Shown here: piece by piece, positions 37,289 to 56,049 of the stretch
How the letters are laid out: each line of letters starts with the position of its first letter
Position numbering within the stretch: position 1 is the stretch's first letter
NCBI GenBank assembly: GCA_910592345.1
Contig: CAJVPI010000003.1
Location: 62,001-120,324, forward strand
DNA length: 58,324 bases
From: Paraglomus brasilianum
Lineage: Eukaryota
Reading direction: 5' to 3'
Program-made: the position numbers and the translations under genes
The notes under the pieces: generated by a model
What the model saw: the letters and a program-made list of their open reading frames with translations, nothing else
What the model was told of the DNA's origin: nothing
Databases searched by the model: none

Positions 37289-38739
37289 AAACATTTGCAA
37301 CATTATTTGTTACACATTAGTTTTGGAGGGGATTGTGAATAGAAGAGCGAGCGTAGTATTAGAGTTTCTGCATTTGATATATTGTATTTTTGTTTGATTT
37401 CGTTTTTGGCGAGAGATGCTGTAGACTCGCAAGGTGGGGAAGATTAGACGTATGTATGGACGAAGGTGTTTCACATTTTATGTAAAAATAGCTCTTGTAA
37501 GTGATTTGTTACATTATTACATCGTGCAAACCTAAACTTTACTCGTGCATTTTATCCTTTGTTGTAAACTTTTTCTATTCTATTGTATTTTTGTTTTATC
37601 TTCTTTTTTTTTTTTCTTTACGGTAACTAGTCTGTAACATCGATTTCTCATTCTTTAACCTGACCCTGATGGAGAAGTGGGAGGTTCACTTACGTTTTCT
37701 CGAGCGATGCTTTCACGCGATCAGAAAATCATTTGTATTTGTAAAAATAGCATTCTCAAATTTTTGAATTGACTTCCTCTCCTTATCTTCTTATTTGTGT
37801 CGGGTTATTCTTTGTACTTTATTATCTTTTTTTTTTCTTTTATAGTATTCTTTTAGGTCTTTGTACGTTTTATTGTCTTCATATTTTTCAATGGAAATCT
37901 GATTTGCTTAAAATATTTTGCTTCATCATATCACTGGCGGCTATTCTTGTAAGTAGCATCTCTGATTTACAATATCAAAAATGTTATCTATTCCATTGTG
38001 AATTGGTGATGTACCGAATCAATAAAGAAAAGATTATTTCAAAAATGGCTGCTTATTAGCTGACATCTTGACGAAAATATTGCATGCTTTTATTTAATAG
38101 CATTTCCTCCACCTGTGTCGAGTCTGGTGCTGTAACACTCACTGATGTGCACTTGCTTCAGAAAGATTTCACCTCTACTACTACAAGAAAGATGAATTGC
38201 TTGTTAGGAAGGAAATCATCAAACAGAGCACAAGTTTCAAATATACTGACAGATGGTACTCCTGCTTGGTACCAGTCCCAACTATTAAAAAGTTCAAAAT
38301 TGGGTGAGCTAGCAAACTCCCAAGGGTTGACTCTTGGACATGATGGTTCCAGAGGGCTATCTCTGGTATGAATTACTGGCCACAGTGAAATATAAATCAT
38401 GAGAGCATAATGTTGAGGCTAAGCATAGGTACTTGAAACACCTACTGGAAATCCAATATATTGACACAATGTGTGTTTGGGGTCTCTGGAGCTTCAGGAA
38501 CTTTACCGATTATTATTATATTAGAAAAGCTTCTAAGAGCTCCAGATTCTTAATTTCTATATCAACTTTTTGGTTATATTTATTAACTCTAACGAAATTA
38601 ATATATCAGGAAATGGCTTTGCGCCAGTTAGCTCATTAAATAGCATATTTTATTAAGTCTAACAAAAAAAAAATAAGTCTGTCAATTCCTCCATCATAAG
38701 TCTAACAAAAAATTGTGTATTAGGAACGATTTAGCTTAA

Positions 38740-38920
38740 TAAATAACATATTTTTATAGTATTGGGTAACGTAATAGCCTCTAATATGTAACGGGCATTG
38801 GCCACAAGCAGAAGAGGTAGGTTTACCGCAACTAGAGCATGATACCGTTTTTTAGCTTTCCAATGGAAACGGCACCCTTCCGGAGTTGGGCACGAATGTT
38901 TACTTTTTTATCACTAGATT
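38740..38920 (-). pseudogene. Cys-rich gene fragment (frameshifted)
   Basis: Reads HSCPTPEGCRFHWKAKK then VSCSSCGKPTSSACGQCPLHIRGYYVTQYY in a different frame. Confidence 0.5.
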
Positions 38921-40012
38921 CGAAAAAGATTAATAGTAATCAGTTAATGCTTCAGTTTTGCAATGGCTAGAATCGCTTTGGAAACCTTGTAAATACTTAT
39001 CTTCAGTAGCAATCCTATGATTGAAAAGTAAAGAGTATTAGTATAGGAAATTATTAATTAAAGAAAAATTTTATAGGCAAGGAATAGCGCGACGGTTAGA
39101 GCTAACACCATGGTTAGAAAACAAGAAGTGATAAGAAAAATACAATCTGTAAACGTTGTGGTCATAAACGCTCAACACCACAAAAACTTCGTGAGATTCT
39201 TTTATCAAGACTCTTATTTCATGTTCTTTGTAGCACCCAGAAGAAGTACCTGCATTGATGAAGATTCAACAACATGGTGCTGCGAAACATGATTGATATT
39301 TTAATGAAATATCGACAATAAGGTTATTCATCAAAAATCATGTATAATAAATAATAATATGTTTAAAGCTAAATTTGTAACTGATTAACAGTTAATAATA
39401 AATTTCTTATCATGTAATGCAAAGAAAAAGTGTCCTTATCAGGCTTATTTATTTTCAACGTGCACTGGCAATCTGGATTACACAGTCAATTATATTTAGA
39501 TAATGAATAATGCATATACAGTATAATATAATAATAATCGCAAAAAAATAAATCCATTCACGATCTCTGTAAAACTAGCTACAAACCGTTAAAAGAACTC
39601 TGGGTGGTGAGAAGCCGATTCGCAAAGCAATTAATTACCTTTGTCGGAAGAGGCAATCGTCTGCTAATTATAATGTAGATGGACTTTTTAGGGGGTTTAT
39701 CGGGAGGAGACGTTACCAAATTACCCTAATTCTGATGACGACGACCGATTCCGATGAATTCTCCTACGTGAAGAAACGGCTCGGTTAGAAGGAATCTCGG
39801 AGTCCGGTCATGTGAATCAATCACCTGAAAATTCTTTTTTGGTTATAACGTGAAATTAATTGTGAGTTCTATTGTGAGTCGTGATCAAAATTGCAACTAA
39901 TATATATACATATATTATATAAGTTTAAAACAAACGGACTTTTTATTTTACACTAATTGTATTATAACAGAATGTGAATATAGCGTTAGAATCCATAAAG
40001 CTGTAGTTTTTT

Positions 40013-40677
40013 CTACTTCGACTGGACATAACCGGGTCCACTATAATTTTCGGAAGAAACGCCAGTAATAGGATTGATCTTGTTTTCCTTCGCCCGCTCG
40101 TTGGTAGCTTCTTCCCATTCTTTGGTCAGGGTCCTCGGCTTTCCGGGAACTTTGACAAACAGAAATTAGTAAATGTCGTAGATTTGGGAAAACACCCGTA
40201 TTCATGCCCAAAAACATACCAACAGCACGACTAAGAGCGTATAATCCAGTGCTGACGCCAATAGCAATAGCTATGCCAAGAATTAAATTACGTCCGTGAC
40301 CTGTTTTCAGGAAAGGTTCTCTGGGACCATAGGGGCCAAAAGCAACAAAGTAAGCTAAAATATGTTTTGAGGTAATTGTTTAGTATTTATTCAGCGAGTC
40401 CAGTGTCCAAATTTATAAAAAAAACTTGCATGCTGGAACATTGTGTGTATATATATGACTTACCGGCTTTCTTTTCCTCCAATGAGAGATCTTTCCAATC
40501 CCCTTTCTGGCGCTCGCGAAGTTGGTCTGTGATAGTGGTTCGTTCTCCATCAGTCAGCGATTTCCAGCGACTCTGGAGGTTAGTGACTGATAAAGCGGAT
40601 GCACTTGATGCATGTCGCCGACATACAGTATTAAGGACGTTTTGACGTAGATAGGCAGCAGTGCGTGTGCGTAACAT
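40013..40677 (-). CDS. COX5: Cytochrome c oxidase subunit IV/V (fungal Cox5), 3 exons, mitochondrial presequence
   Basis: RQKGDWKDLSLEEKKA-AYFVAFGPYGPR...PRTLTKEWEEATNE...NPITGVSSENYSGPGYVQ. Confidence 0.95.
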
Positions 40678-41855
40678 GCTTGAAGGGTGCCAAAAAAACC
40701 TGCTCTTTTCGATGAATTTTCGCATCAGATGAGGCAGTTGAAACACGTGAGACAAAGTTTACTATTTTCGGTAGGTGTGTAATACAGTATTTGCCCTACA
40801 TACCAACGGGAGTGGTGATTAAAAATACACGAGGATGATTAGTTAGGGCATTGCATCCAGTTTCAACAATGAACATTAGGGATCGAAAATAAAAACAGAC
40901 GCGTGTAATATTACTACTGTAAATAAAATTCTAATTATGGTTGCGGTCGTTTTGCTCCTGCTATGCTCATTTATTGATTTACAGATTGATTGAGTAATGA
41001 TCAGTAACTTTTAATTATCTGGCTTTCCTCTATGCAATGCTTCAGATCTTTAGGTTTATTTACGGTTTATTCACGGTTTATTTACGCCCAAAACTTGATA
41101 CTACTACAAAATATCGATTACTACAATTGCGTCTAAATGTGTATTCCAATTTAGCGCTTTGATAGAATTTGCATCGACTCGATATTAAAAGCTCTGACGT
41201 ATGAATAATGCTTGGATGCATGCCCGGATAAGTCTCTGATCAAATAGTCGGAGTGTTTATATTTTCTTGCAAAACTTCGAGAAAAAACTTTTAAATAACA
41301 CTTTTTTCTTGTAGATATAAATGAAAATTGTTACGTCGCATACAGGCAGTAAGCGTACAACGTTGCTGGATTAAGGAAGGCTTCAATCCTATTGGATATC
41401 ATCAGATTGGGTTTAGTAATTTGCATTTCAAGACTTTTCTAATCTGGTGTAGATAGTACTGTTTGTATAGTAATAGCCATTTTTGTCCTATTACTACATC
41501 AAAGGGTAATTCCCCAAGAGATTTAACGAGTAAGGCGCGAGAGTGTCTCCCTTCTATATAGTGCAGTTTTGTTTTGATAGGTTTTCTCTTTCAGGCCCTT
41601 TGCTGAGTCAAAGAATGTGTATCAACCCATGTCCTTGTACTTTCCATGTGGAGATTGACTTTAAAAGCATTACGATACAAATTAGGATAAAGATCTAGAC
41701 ATCACATTTTGTAATTTTATGACGTTTGGGTGAGGTCACAATTCGATTCGACATGCCAAGTACTGCGGCATGCACATTCACAATGTAAGAGATACGGTGA
41801 CGAAGTCAACACGTAAAAAACTTTGGACCTAATATTAATAACACTTTGCAACGAC

Positions 41856-46882
<5,027 letters not shown>

Positions 46883-47339
46883 GACGGTAATGTATTAGAG
46901 GCAATATCATAGAATTAATAAAATGGGTGTTAAAGTATCCGTTTAACCAATTAACTTTCAATATGTCAAAAAACTTTGCATTCTATTACGTTTTATCGTT
47001 CCGTAATCAGATATATTTGAGTATCTTGATTGAAGGCTACAATGTTTAGATCTAGTGTTTGAATGACAACGCATCAGATAGAGTGTAAACTTTCACCCTT
47101 TCCTCTTTGATATCCGTGTTACCAAGTTCTCCTGTATACTCATTGATGAGGAAGATTTATTATATCGCTATAACAATTATATTCTGACTTTGTTAAATCA
47201 GGGCGTAGCGAAATTCTTCAAATCGAGTTATGTAAATGTAACAATTTCGATAAAAATCGATTGTTAGAAAGAATTTTTTGGCTCATTTATTAATTAATAT
47301 TTTGTTGGATAGCTATGATCTACGTGGCATACTATCAAC

Positions 47340-47750
47340 GAGATTTTGTATTTACTTTCATCAATTTGTAACCACTCCGTTGGAGTATCTTCACAATTTT
47401 CGGGCAATTTCTAATTCATCCCATAAATAATGTTCTATGAGATCCATGTCTGGGCTTTGGGCAGGCCAGGAAATACTATTGACATTATTTGTTCTCTTCT
47501 CTTCCACTCTGTAGTTTTCTTGCTGTATAAATGGAAGCATTTACCTTCCTGGGAACATAATCAAGAGTATTTAGATATGGTAATAAATTAAAATGCGTTC
47601 CTAACATTTTAATTTATATACGACATACATTACATCAGACCGTCTAATCTAACCAATGAGCTAAGACCTTTTTTTTTCGTAAACCATCAACCGTTGGTCT
47701 AGATTCGTCATTACACGTGGCCTGCCACACGCCATCATCCACACTAATAG
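47340..47750 (-). mobile_element. Degenerate Tc1-like transposase remnant
   Basis: Reads NDESR...FQEG...ISWPAQSPDMDLIEH.LWDELE with many stops and frameshifts. Confidence 0.65.
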
Positions 47751-49232
47751 ACTCGTCGTAATATTTAACTTAGAAACCACATTTTTCCAGTTTTCAATTC
47801 GCTCGATTCCACTCACGGACAGTTATATTCACCTGCATCGACCGAACAAGATCGCCCAGAAGGATTGAACATGGGAATTGCGTAATTGAGCAAATGGCTG
47901 AACAAAAAAACTCGTTGCTTTAAGGTTTTCTTCGAAGCATCCGAGTAGTGCTGATCCTAGTTAGATCTAACGTTTTTGGTTAGCTTCGTGAGCCAAATTC
48001 AAATTGAATTTTAATTCAGATATCTATCAATTAATGGTTTCCAAACTATAAACTGCTACATAATTAGGAATGCTGTCTCATCCATAATAATAAATAATGT
48101 TTTGTTCCAATCGTCATTAAGGTGATAAGGTGCCATCCCGATATGCCAACATGAGTTTACAATGCTTGAAAAAAATACAGTATATCACTCACGGTGTTCA
48201 TTATTGCCGCTTCCCACCGAGGAAGAGAATCGGCGCCCGACGACAAATTGTTAAGGGTAAGGGAAAGATATCCCTTCAGGAATTTAAATTCAACAATGAG
48301 AAATGCAGTATTAGTATATGGTTTAGTCCTTCAGTCACAATATTTGAATACCCCATATTAATATCAAAATTCCCCTGGTGTTCATATGACATTAAAGTGT
48401 TCTGATCCAAATCGTAAATTCGAAGGTTAAACTATTGTGATGTAATGATATGTGTTTTCGACCCGATTAATCGGACTAACCTTGTTATTGACCACTTAAT
48501 ATTAACGAATAAAATGATTTCGATAGGCTCAATTTCTTGATATTTATTGTCTGAAAGTCCTGTACTATATTCAGAACTAGCAATAGTTCGAGAATTTTAC
48601 TTCCATGTTTGTCACGCATTATTAACGTTTCAGTTATAAGGTTTGGTTTAAAAGTGGTCGGCGTGAACAATTGTTGATATTATTAATTCGCACTTCATAA
48701 ATCGGTGACGATAACTATGCCAAGTTTGTTTTGGATTTCTATAAATTGTAATGAAGCTTCTATAGTTAGTTGTTGCATAATATACACATGCTCCATAAGC
48801 TTGTATAAGCTTTGTAATATCAAGTTCAAGCTTAAACAGAAAGTATACTAGTGCCTTCATATGTTAAAGTACCGTAACTCCTCCTAAGCACCGTCCTCGA
48901 CAATGGTTATTGCTAAATAAAAGGTATAAGTGTATCTCTTGTATAAAGCGAGTATATTAAGCAATTTGCTGATGGATAGAAGGATACGAAATATGTATTA
49001 GTATTAGCCAATATTAGTATTCAATTACGTCGATCTACCCACTATTTTTGTTTTAAGCTTTTGAATTTCTCATGCGAGAATTATTAATGTATTCTTTGTG
49101 ACGTTACATTGTGTCAATTATCCCATATAGAGATAAATCCAGCAGATTGTTGGTCAATTCTCGCTCCCACGAGTTTGATTTTCTCCATGAAAGCGGAGGA
49201 AAACCAGTCACAGACTTGTAGTTATAGAAGAT

Positions 49233-50396
49233 ATGCCACCCTTCAAGGAGGATCGTCAAATGTCACGAAATCGCTATATATATATTGTCATATTCCTCAT
49301 AGCCGGCTTTTGGCTTATATACCCTCGCTTTACCGTAGACGTAACCAATGATTCCCAACTGATTAATAAACCGACCGGTTCAGGGTCGGCCGCGCAACCC
49401 AAAAATATTGCCGGGAACTCCTTCCCTACCTCTTCGTTCTTCGGCTTCAACAACTATACGGGATACATTCCTGGCCATTTGCCTTTGATCATCTCTGTGG
49501 CCCACGGGGGTCACATCTTCCCCAAAGACGTGCCCACACGGGAAAAAAACTCTCCAAATGTTATTATCTCAAATGACATAAACACGTTAGAGATTGGGAA
49601 AGCATTAGTAAAGGGCATGGTAACAAAATTTGGCGGCAGGAGGCCATATCTCGTGTTCAACAATCTCGGTCGTAGCAAAGTCGATGTTAACAGACCTTTC
49701 GAAGAAGGTACAGAACCCAACAGGACGGCTCCTAATGAGATGTCGGTATCACAGCAAGTCTGGCAGGATTATCACAACTTTTTGAAGAGGGCAGTTGAAG
49801 AGGTCAAAGAAAACTATGGACGAGGGCTAGTAATTGATCTGCATGGTACTTTTATAGCGTCGTTATCTCCGACATATTGATCAATTCATTAATTCATTCT
49901 TATCGTTGTTCAATTTCTTATAGGGCACGCGCATCCCGAAAATTACGTTGAGCTTGGTTACTTACTTCCCCGCAAAACTTTGCAATTGCCAACTCATGTT
50001 CTAAACACTGATCCATCAATATCGTCAAGCTCTTCGATACGTGCTCTATACAATCGTATGGTTGATTCGGTGACTTTTACTACTCTCCTCCGTAGCGAAG
50101 TTTTCTCGCTAGGGGGACGCTTGCAAAGTTACGGATACGATACTGTACCCTCTCATGTTCATCATCATCCTGTTGAGGACGAAAACTATATTTCGGGTGG
50201 TTTTTCCGTACTACAGTATGGATCAAGAGATGGTAATGCTATCGATGCAATTCAGCTCGACTTGCCGAGGGAACTCAGAGTTGGGAACAGCGAACTCAGG
50301 AAACGTTTTATCGAAGATTTGACAGACATTTTAAGTTGGTTTTTAAGCGAATATTATTGGGGTAATATAGAGAATCGGGATGAAATCACTTCCTAA
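49233..50396 (+). CDS. N-formylglutamate amidohydrolase-like Zn hydrolase with an N-terminal transmembrane anchor; 2 exons (intron 49846-49923)
   Basis: Motifs LIISVAHGG, RSKVDVNR, WQDYH, LVIDLHG-HAHPENYVELGY, YISGGF and DAIQLDLP. Hydrophobic YIYIVIFLIAGFWLIY near the N-terminus. Confidence 0.82.
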
Positions 50397-51860
50397 ACAT
50401 TGTTGACTCTGGTCGGGTTTTGATATAAGTCAATGGCGCTTAAATGAGCCATTTGCGTACTTTTTGTGCCAGATTGAACTGCCACCGTATTGTGCATCAT
50501 GGAAGCGTTGTTGGCTTGGCTTGGACTCTTGGTTTTTTGTTTTTGTTTTTTTCCCCCGTCTACCTTGTTTGCATAGAAGCCTTAGAACTAATTCACCGCA
50601 TTGGGATTCACTTTAGCAGGTTAAAAGTTTAAAATTAATTATATATACCTGGTCCAATGCGTCTCTTGCTTCATACAAAACAATGGTAGTCGATAAAACT
50701 TAAAATTATTTGTAGATAATGCGAATTGACTAACATAATTATTCTTACCATTTAAAAGTGTTCTTTATGATTACTCAACTATTGCATAACATAGCGTTTG
50801 ATGCTTTAATCTGCAATGTGTTATTCGGTTGACGATGAAACTTTATTTGTGTCGTAGCTGACTACGAAATGGTTGACAAATACTCGATGCCGAAACGAGC
50901 ACTTCTTTGACTTTTCCTATGATATATGGCAAATGAATTTTAATGTATACCTGTTTCGCTACGATTGTCCTCGTGGAAAATAAAACAAATAATTCGTATG
51001 TTGTTTCGGATCGATTCAACACATATCATTTCACTGGTAAGGTTTCATTTCGTAAGTCAGTATTTCTTTTCGTGATTTAAATATTGAAAAATTGAAGCTA
51101 GGAGATAAAATCCTGAAGTGTGTTATAAATAATAGTGTTAGTAAGCTTTAGCTTGGCAATTTATGAGTCGTATCTATCTACACATCGGAAAAGGCTATCT
51201 ATTGGCAAAATTGATTAGTCCTAGTACTAGTACGTCCATTTGAAAACACGAGACCGGCTAAATAGGTTTCATCTGTAGTACATTTGTATTAGCATTCGTT
51301 ACAGGCTTTATCGAGAGATTGCTAATAATCTCCGATATACCAAGACCATTTAATTAGTGATAATTGGGTTCCGTCATATTGAGCGATCCCTTAGTGTTAT
51401 AGTGTGCGACGAAAAAAGTTGCCAGTTTTATAACTTCCTGCCCGCATATCTCTACCAATTTTAGCACAAAACGCGTCGTATAAAACGTAAAACAAACAAG
51501 AAAACAAGTTTATAAACTGCAAGAAAATAACACGTTGGAACACAGATGTGGAAATGGTCGAATGATAATTGGCTAGAGCAATTGGACAATACATCTTCAA
51601 TTTTACTAAGAAAAATAGCGAACAAGTTGTAGTCTCAAAGTGTTGCAGTTTCATAATAATCGACGTTGTACAGTTAAGTGTGAAGTGAATTCACTATTAT
51701 TACCTCGACATGTATATAATCCTGGCGATTCAACATGTTCATATTAGGATGATGTTCATGAGGCATGGCATGCTAGTGGACGCGCTTTCAGATATCGATT
51801 AGGTGATGTATGCATACAAAGTAATTGGTACTGGGATAGCACAAAAAGCATTATTATCAA

Positions 51861-51917
51861 TACAAGTGGCTCTCGATATAAGAACCCTTCGATATAAGAA
51901 ACTTTCGATATAAGAAG
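51861..51917. repeat. tcgatataagaa x3 (16-bp period); probable transposon end fragment
   Basis: Direct repeats following tacaagtggctc. Confidence 0.6.
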
Positions 51918-52433
51918 GGACAAGTCCCAAACTCAGACACAACATATATCAGTATAATACAAACGTTGTGCGTGGAACATTTCAAGGTCAGCCACGACAT
52001 AAACGGGATCGATAATGGACCGGATTTTGGGATATATGTCGTTAAATCCAGGCCGATTTTCCCAAGTGCGGTTGCCCCTTGACGATTTTCTCCGGTACTG
52101 TCAATTGCAATCCTTCCTGAGCGTCACGATCTTTCCATTGTGAGGAGGCGGGTTTTCTTGAAAGAATGGTCACGGGATCCAATAGCTAATTTATCAAAAA
52201 GACAAGTATCAAAGTTTCTTTATACGCGGCCGCCAAAAATATAGTTGATATATAAGAAGTGTTATTTTAACAAATGCATTTATAATATAAATTCAGAAAG
52301 TCGAAGAATGGAGCCATATGATTTCACATCTTGTGTAAAGACTCTTATCCAATGGGATGATTCAGAACATTTTCAATGTGTAACATTGGGCGAACAAACA
52401 TAAACATATTCATATTGCAGGCCATGCAGGACT

Positions 52434-53636
52434 ATGGCTCGACCTTTATGCAGAGAATCACTGCGCTTTCGACTTACGAGGGTTCCAGTTTCCGCACAAC
52501 AAAGCCTCTTTTTTTCTACATCTTCCACTTCGAATGAAAATGTTCGCTCAGACGACACAAAAACAAAGGGAAGTCGGAAGGGTTTGTTGATATCACGACT
52601 GAAAAAGATACAAGCTGAGAAAGTAGTAGCTTCAGGAACTATCGACAATTCAGAACCGACAATGAGTGACTGCAATCGAGAGGGGGATAGATGTGGCATG
52701 TCTGGGGAGAAGGGCTCTCAAACCCAACAATTCATATCTACAAGCGTAGAAAAAAAGCAACGGGATGAACCCGTTGATCAAAAATCAATTGATTTGATTG
52801 TGTTAGAAGGAGATGTTTCAGGAACTATCGACAATTCAGAACCGGCAATGAGTGACTGTGATCGAGAGGGGGATAAATGTGCCATGTCTGGGGAGAAGGG
52901 CTCTCAAGCCCAACAATTCATATCTACAGGCGTAGAAAAAAAGCAACGGGATGAACCCGTTGATCAAAAATCAATTGATTTGATTGATTTGTTTGTGTTA
53001 GAAGGAGGAGATTATCCCGGGAGGGCTATGCGTGGGGGAGGGACTATGCGTGGGAGAGGGATTATGCGTGGGAGAGGGATTATACGTGGGGGAGGGACTA
53101 TGCGTGGGAGAGGGACTATGCGTGAGGGAGGGACTATGCGTGAGGGAGGGACTATGCGTGAGGGAGGGACTATGCGTGAGGGAGGGATGCGTTGGGGAAG
53201 AGCCGCCCAAGCTCCATATGAACAGCGTTCGCGAAAGGGCGAGGATGCCAAGATAGAAGAAGAGCAACATGATGCGCATTTGGTTCCCGTCGATCTCAAC
53301 CCTAAACCGTATGTTCAAAAATCAATTGATTGGTCTGGGCTTTATTCGTCGCAGAGGTCTTTAATGGCATATGTGCCCGATGACCAGAAGAAAGAGTTGA
53401 GGATGGAAATAGAAGGGGGAGATTATTCCAAGCATATCGAAGTTCCAAAAGCTGTTCTTGATGTGGCTACGTCAGTATCTGGGACACTAGCATCTGCCGC
53501 TAATGCTCTTGCGCAAAATGCCTCGTACAATTTACCACAGAAAAAAGTCTTTTTACAAAATTTGGTCAAAGAACTTACGAATCAGCGAGCAGGGAGTGGA
53601 GAGACGAGAAAATATGAAGAAATTGTGGATAGTTAA
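52434..53636 (+). CDS. 400-aa intronless protein with a putative mitochondrial presequence, an internal 62-aa duplication and RGG-like repeats
   Basis: Long open ORF with an Arg/Ser-rich N-terminus (LFFSTSS). 186-bp duplication at 52631/52817 and 18-bp repeats at ~53023-53198. Confidence 0.75.
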   Translation: MARPLCRESLRFRLTRVPVSAQQSLFFSTSSTSNENVRSDDTKTKGSRKGLLISRLKKIQAEKVVASGTIDNSEPTMSDCNREGDRCGMSGEKGSQTQQFISTSVEKKQRDEPVDQKSIDLIVLEGDVSGTIDNSEPAMSDCDREGDKCAMSGEKGSQAQQFISTGVEKKQRDEPVDQKSIDLIDLFVLEGGDYPGRAMRGGGTMRGRGIMRGRGIIRGGGTMRGRGTMREGGTMREGGTMREGGTMREGGMRWGRAAQAPYEQRSRKGEDAKIEEEQHDAHLVPVDLNPKPYVQKSIDWSGLYSSQRSLMAYVPDDQKKELRMEIEGGDYSKHIEVPKAVLDVATSVSGTLASAANALAQNASYNLPQKKVFLQNLVKELTNQRAGSGETRKYEEIVDS

Positions 53637-54622
53637 AATAGGAGAAGAATGAAGTCGTACTGCTTACTATAAGATAATATGATTACAATAGGAGAATCGA
53701 CTCGATGTATAAAATGTGAAAATGTATCGTAGTTTGTTTTATCTGACAACGTCACTAAAACTCGTCAATGTAAATACGCAATTGTAACTTTGACATGCAT
53801 ACCATCAAACAAAATAATCGCATTATATTTAACATTCTTTATTAAGTTCATGCTCTGAGCAGCATAACAGTTGACTGTGCTTTCTTTTTACAAAATCGCA
53901 AGATCCGGGACTTGTTTAAAATGAATGCCCAGAGTTAAATCAATATAGACCATTCTCGTGGAGGATGAAAGCACTTGGTGAGGGTTTTACTGTGTAGAAC
54001 AAAATCATACAGTCAGCAAGAGTTTATTAAAGCGTAATCTCTCATGAAAAAGAGGTTCAGTTGCATTCACTTGTACTTACCTTTGACCTAGCGCGCATCT
54101 TTCTTCTCTTGCGTTTAAGTCTTCTGGTTCTTTTTTTCTTCCACTTGGCTCTCATTTTCTATTACTTTAACTAGACATATTGCCAGTTCTTTATTATAGT
54201 TGTTTCTATTTACAGTTACTTTACTGTACGTTCAGTCATACCTGTGAAAAATGAGAGATTGAGAGGGGAGGGAAAAATCTTGAGATGTGATTTGCCCTTT
54301 ATGTTGTTGAAAAAACTTTTGATTGGATAGTGAAAATGCGCCGATCACGCGAAATTCATAAAGATCGAGTATACGCATCTGAGAGAAATTGCAGACCGAA
54401 AGGCAAACGATGTTTGGTTGAAATCATCACTTCAAGCGCAACGAGAATAATAAAATAACGAGAGCCAATATTGTACTTCGATTTGTAGAACTTTTTTAGC
54501 CTTGACTTTTGGTCAATGTTACATGATAAATACTAATTATTATCATGCTAATCGTGACATGTGATACGTTGACACTTCATAAACTTGATGTGTATTTTTT
54601 TTCTAATCGACATATTCGCTGA

Positions 54623-55298
54623 TCAGGCTTCGTTATGATCAACTTGCTCATTTTCCAAAGCGATTCTTCTCAATTTTTGCTTTCTAGCTTCATTAGTAGC
54701 TATTACAATTTCCTTCATCTTATTTTTTTCTTTCATCCGTTGCCATCGACAGAGTTCCCTATCCAGTACATTCAAATCAGTTCAACCATTAAGCCGATTA
54801 AAGTTTGCTTATATTAATATATTCGCAAAAAAAAAAAAAAAAAAACAAACAAAAAAACAAAACGCATCATCACCATGCTCCAACCCCAATTAGACAACAT
54901 GACCCGAGAGCCGTCTGCGTCGCGAATGCAACATTACCTTCACAGTTCGGATCATAACGTTAGCTGGATACTATGCACAGCAATATTACCAAGTACGTGT
55001 AGTTGAGCGGTTGGAGACTCACCTGAGTGGAGTAAACGCATTATACCGAAAAGTGCTCCGCCGCCTATTCCCGAAAGAATGCTGTTGCGTGCACACGGAA
55101 TTTGTCCAGTGTTTTTAAAGTCGTCTATCGATAGCTTCTGTAAACATAAAAACGTAAGCACGAGCCTTACGTTCGGATAAGCGAACCCAGTGAACGCACT
55201 TTTAATACAGCCCAGAAAGGACCTTGTGTCAGTCCGGGATCATTATGTTCGTTAGGTATAGCATTTGCAGTTGTTGTCGATTCTGCGTTCTGTGGCAT
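54623..55298 (-). CDS. COX20: Cytochrome c oxidase assembly protein Cox20, 4 exons
   Basis: QIPCARNSILSGIGGGALFG...GVGAW-ELCRWQR, including the typical IPCAR and WExC motifs. Confidence 0.88.
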
Positions 55299-56049
55299 GG
55301 GAAGGATTAACCCAAATTTATGTAACACGGGACACTGAAATGAACGAGACTTTTTAGCCAATCGCGCGACAGGATTATCTACAACCTTCGTTTTATAATC
55401 TAGTGCAGAAAGTAATTAGAATTCTATGCGTAAAGGACTTGCGAGTGAAACAGTAATTTTTACGATATCCCCATAACAATACTGAGGGAAGCCATTGTAA
55501 CTAATTCAAAACGTGTGGAGTTGATTTTTCGATTTGTGCGCGTCAAATTAACTGTTTGAGAAGTGTTAGAAGTAAATGGTGGCATCATTCTTTGAACCAG
55601 CATGCTTACTCGGCACGTTTCCAGATGTTCTGTAAATAGATAACGAAAACACAAAAAACAACACATTAACGTAGACCACTGAATACAGTACCCATCAAAA
55701 TAATCCTCCGTAAAATTAATCGGGTACATACACTACGTTTTGCTGCTACTATGATTTAAGTGGAAAAATCTGCGACACTAGAACGTTTTTGTTTCGATCG
55801 TAGCACACTCTCGTAAGTGGACGGTAGCTCTTTCGACGTGCTTGTTTCCACGCGTCGCTATCGCGGTATAAGGAGCGAGAGTTCAATAATGTACGTAAAC
55901 TAATGATATTTGCTCCTTGAAATCGTTCAAAGTACACTCCCCTACGCGAAAGATTTAACCGCTCTCCCAAACCCCAGACCATCCGACCGTAGCAATTAGT
56001 AACTGTCCCAACCTCACATGAGTAATCCATCAACTTAATGATGAGCAAT

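Noticed and set aside
39730..39775. Hammerhead ribozyme (CTGATGA...GAAAC)
   Set aside because: No convincing stem II between the motifs and no stem I/III pairing.
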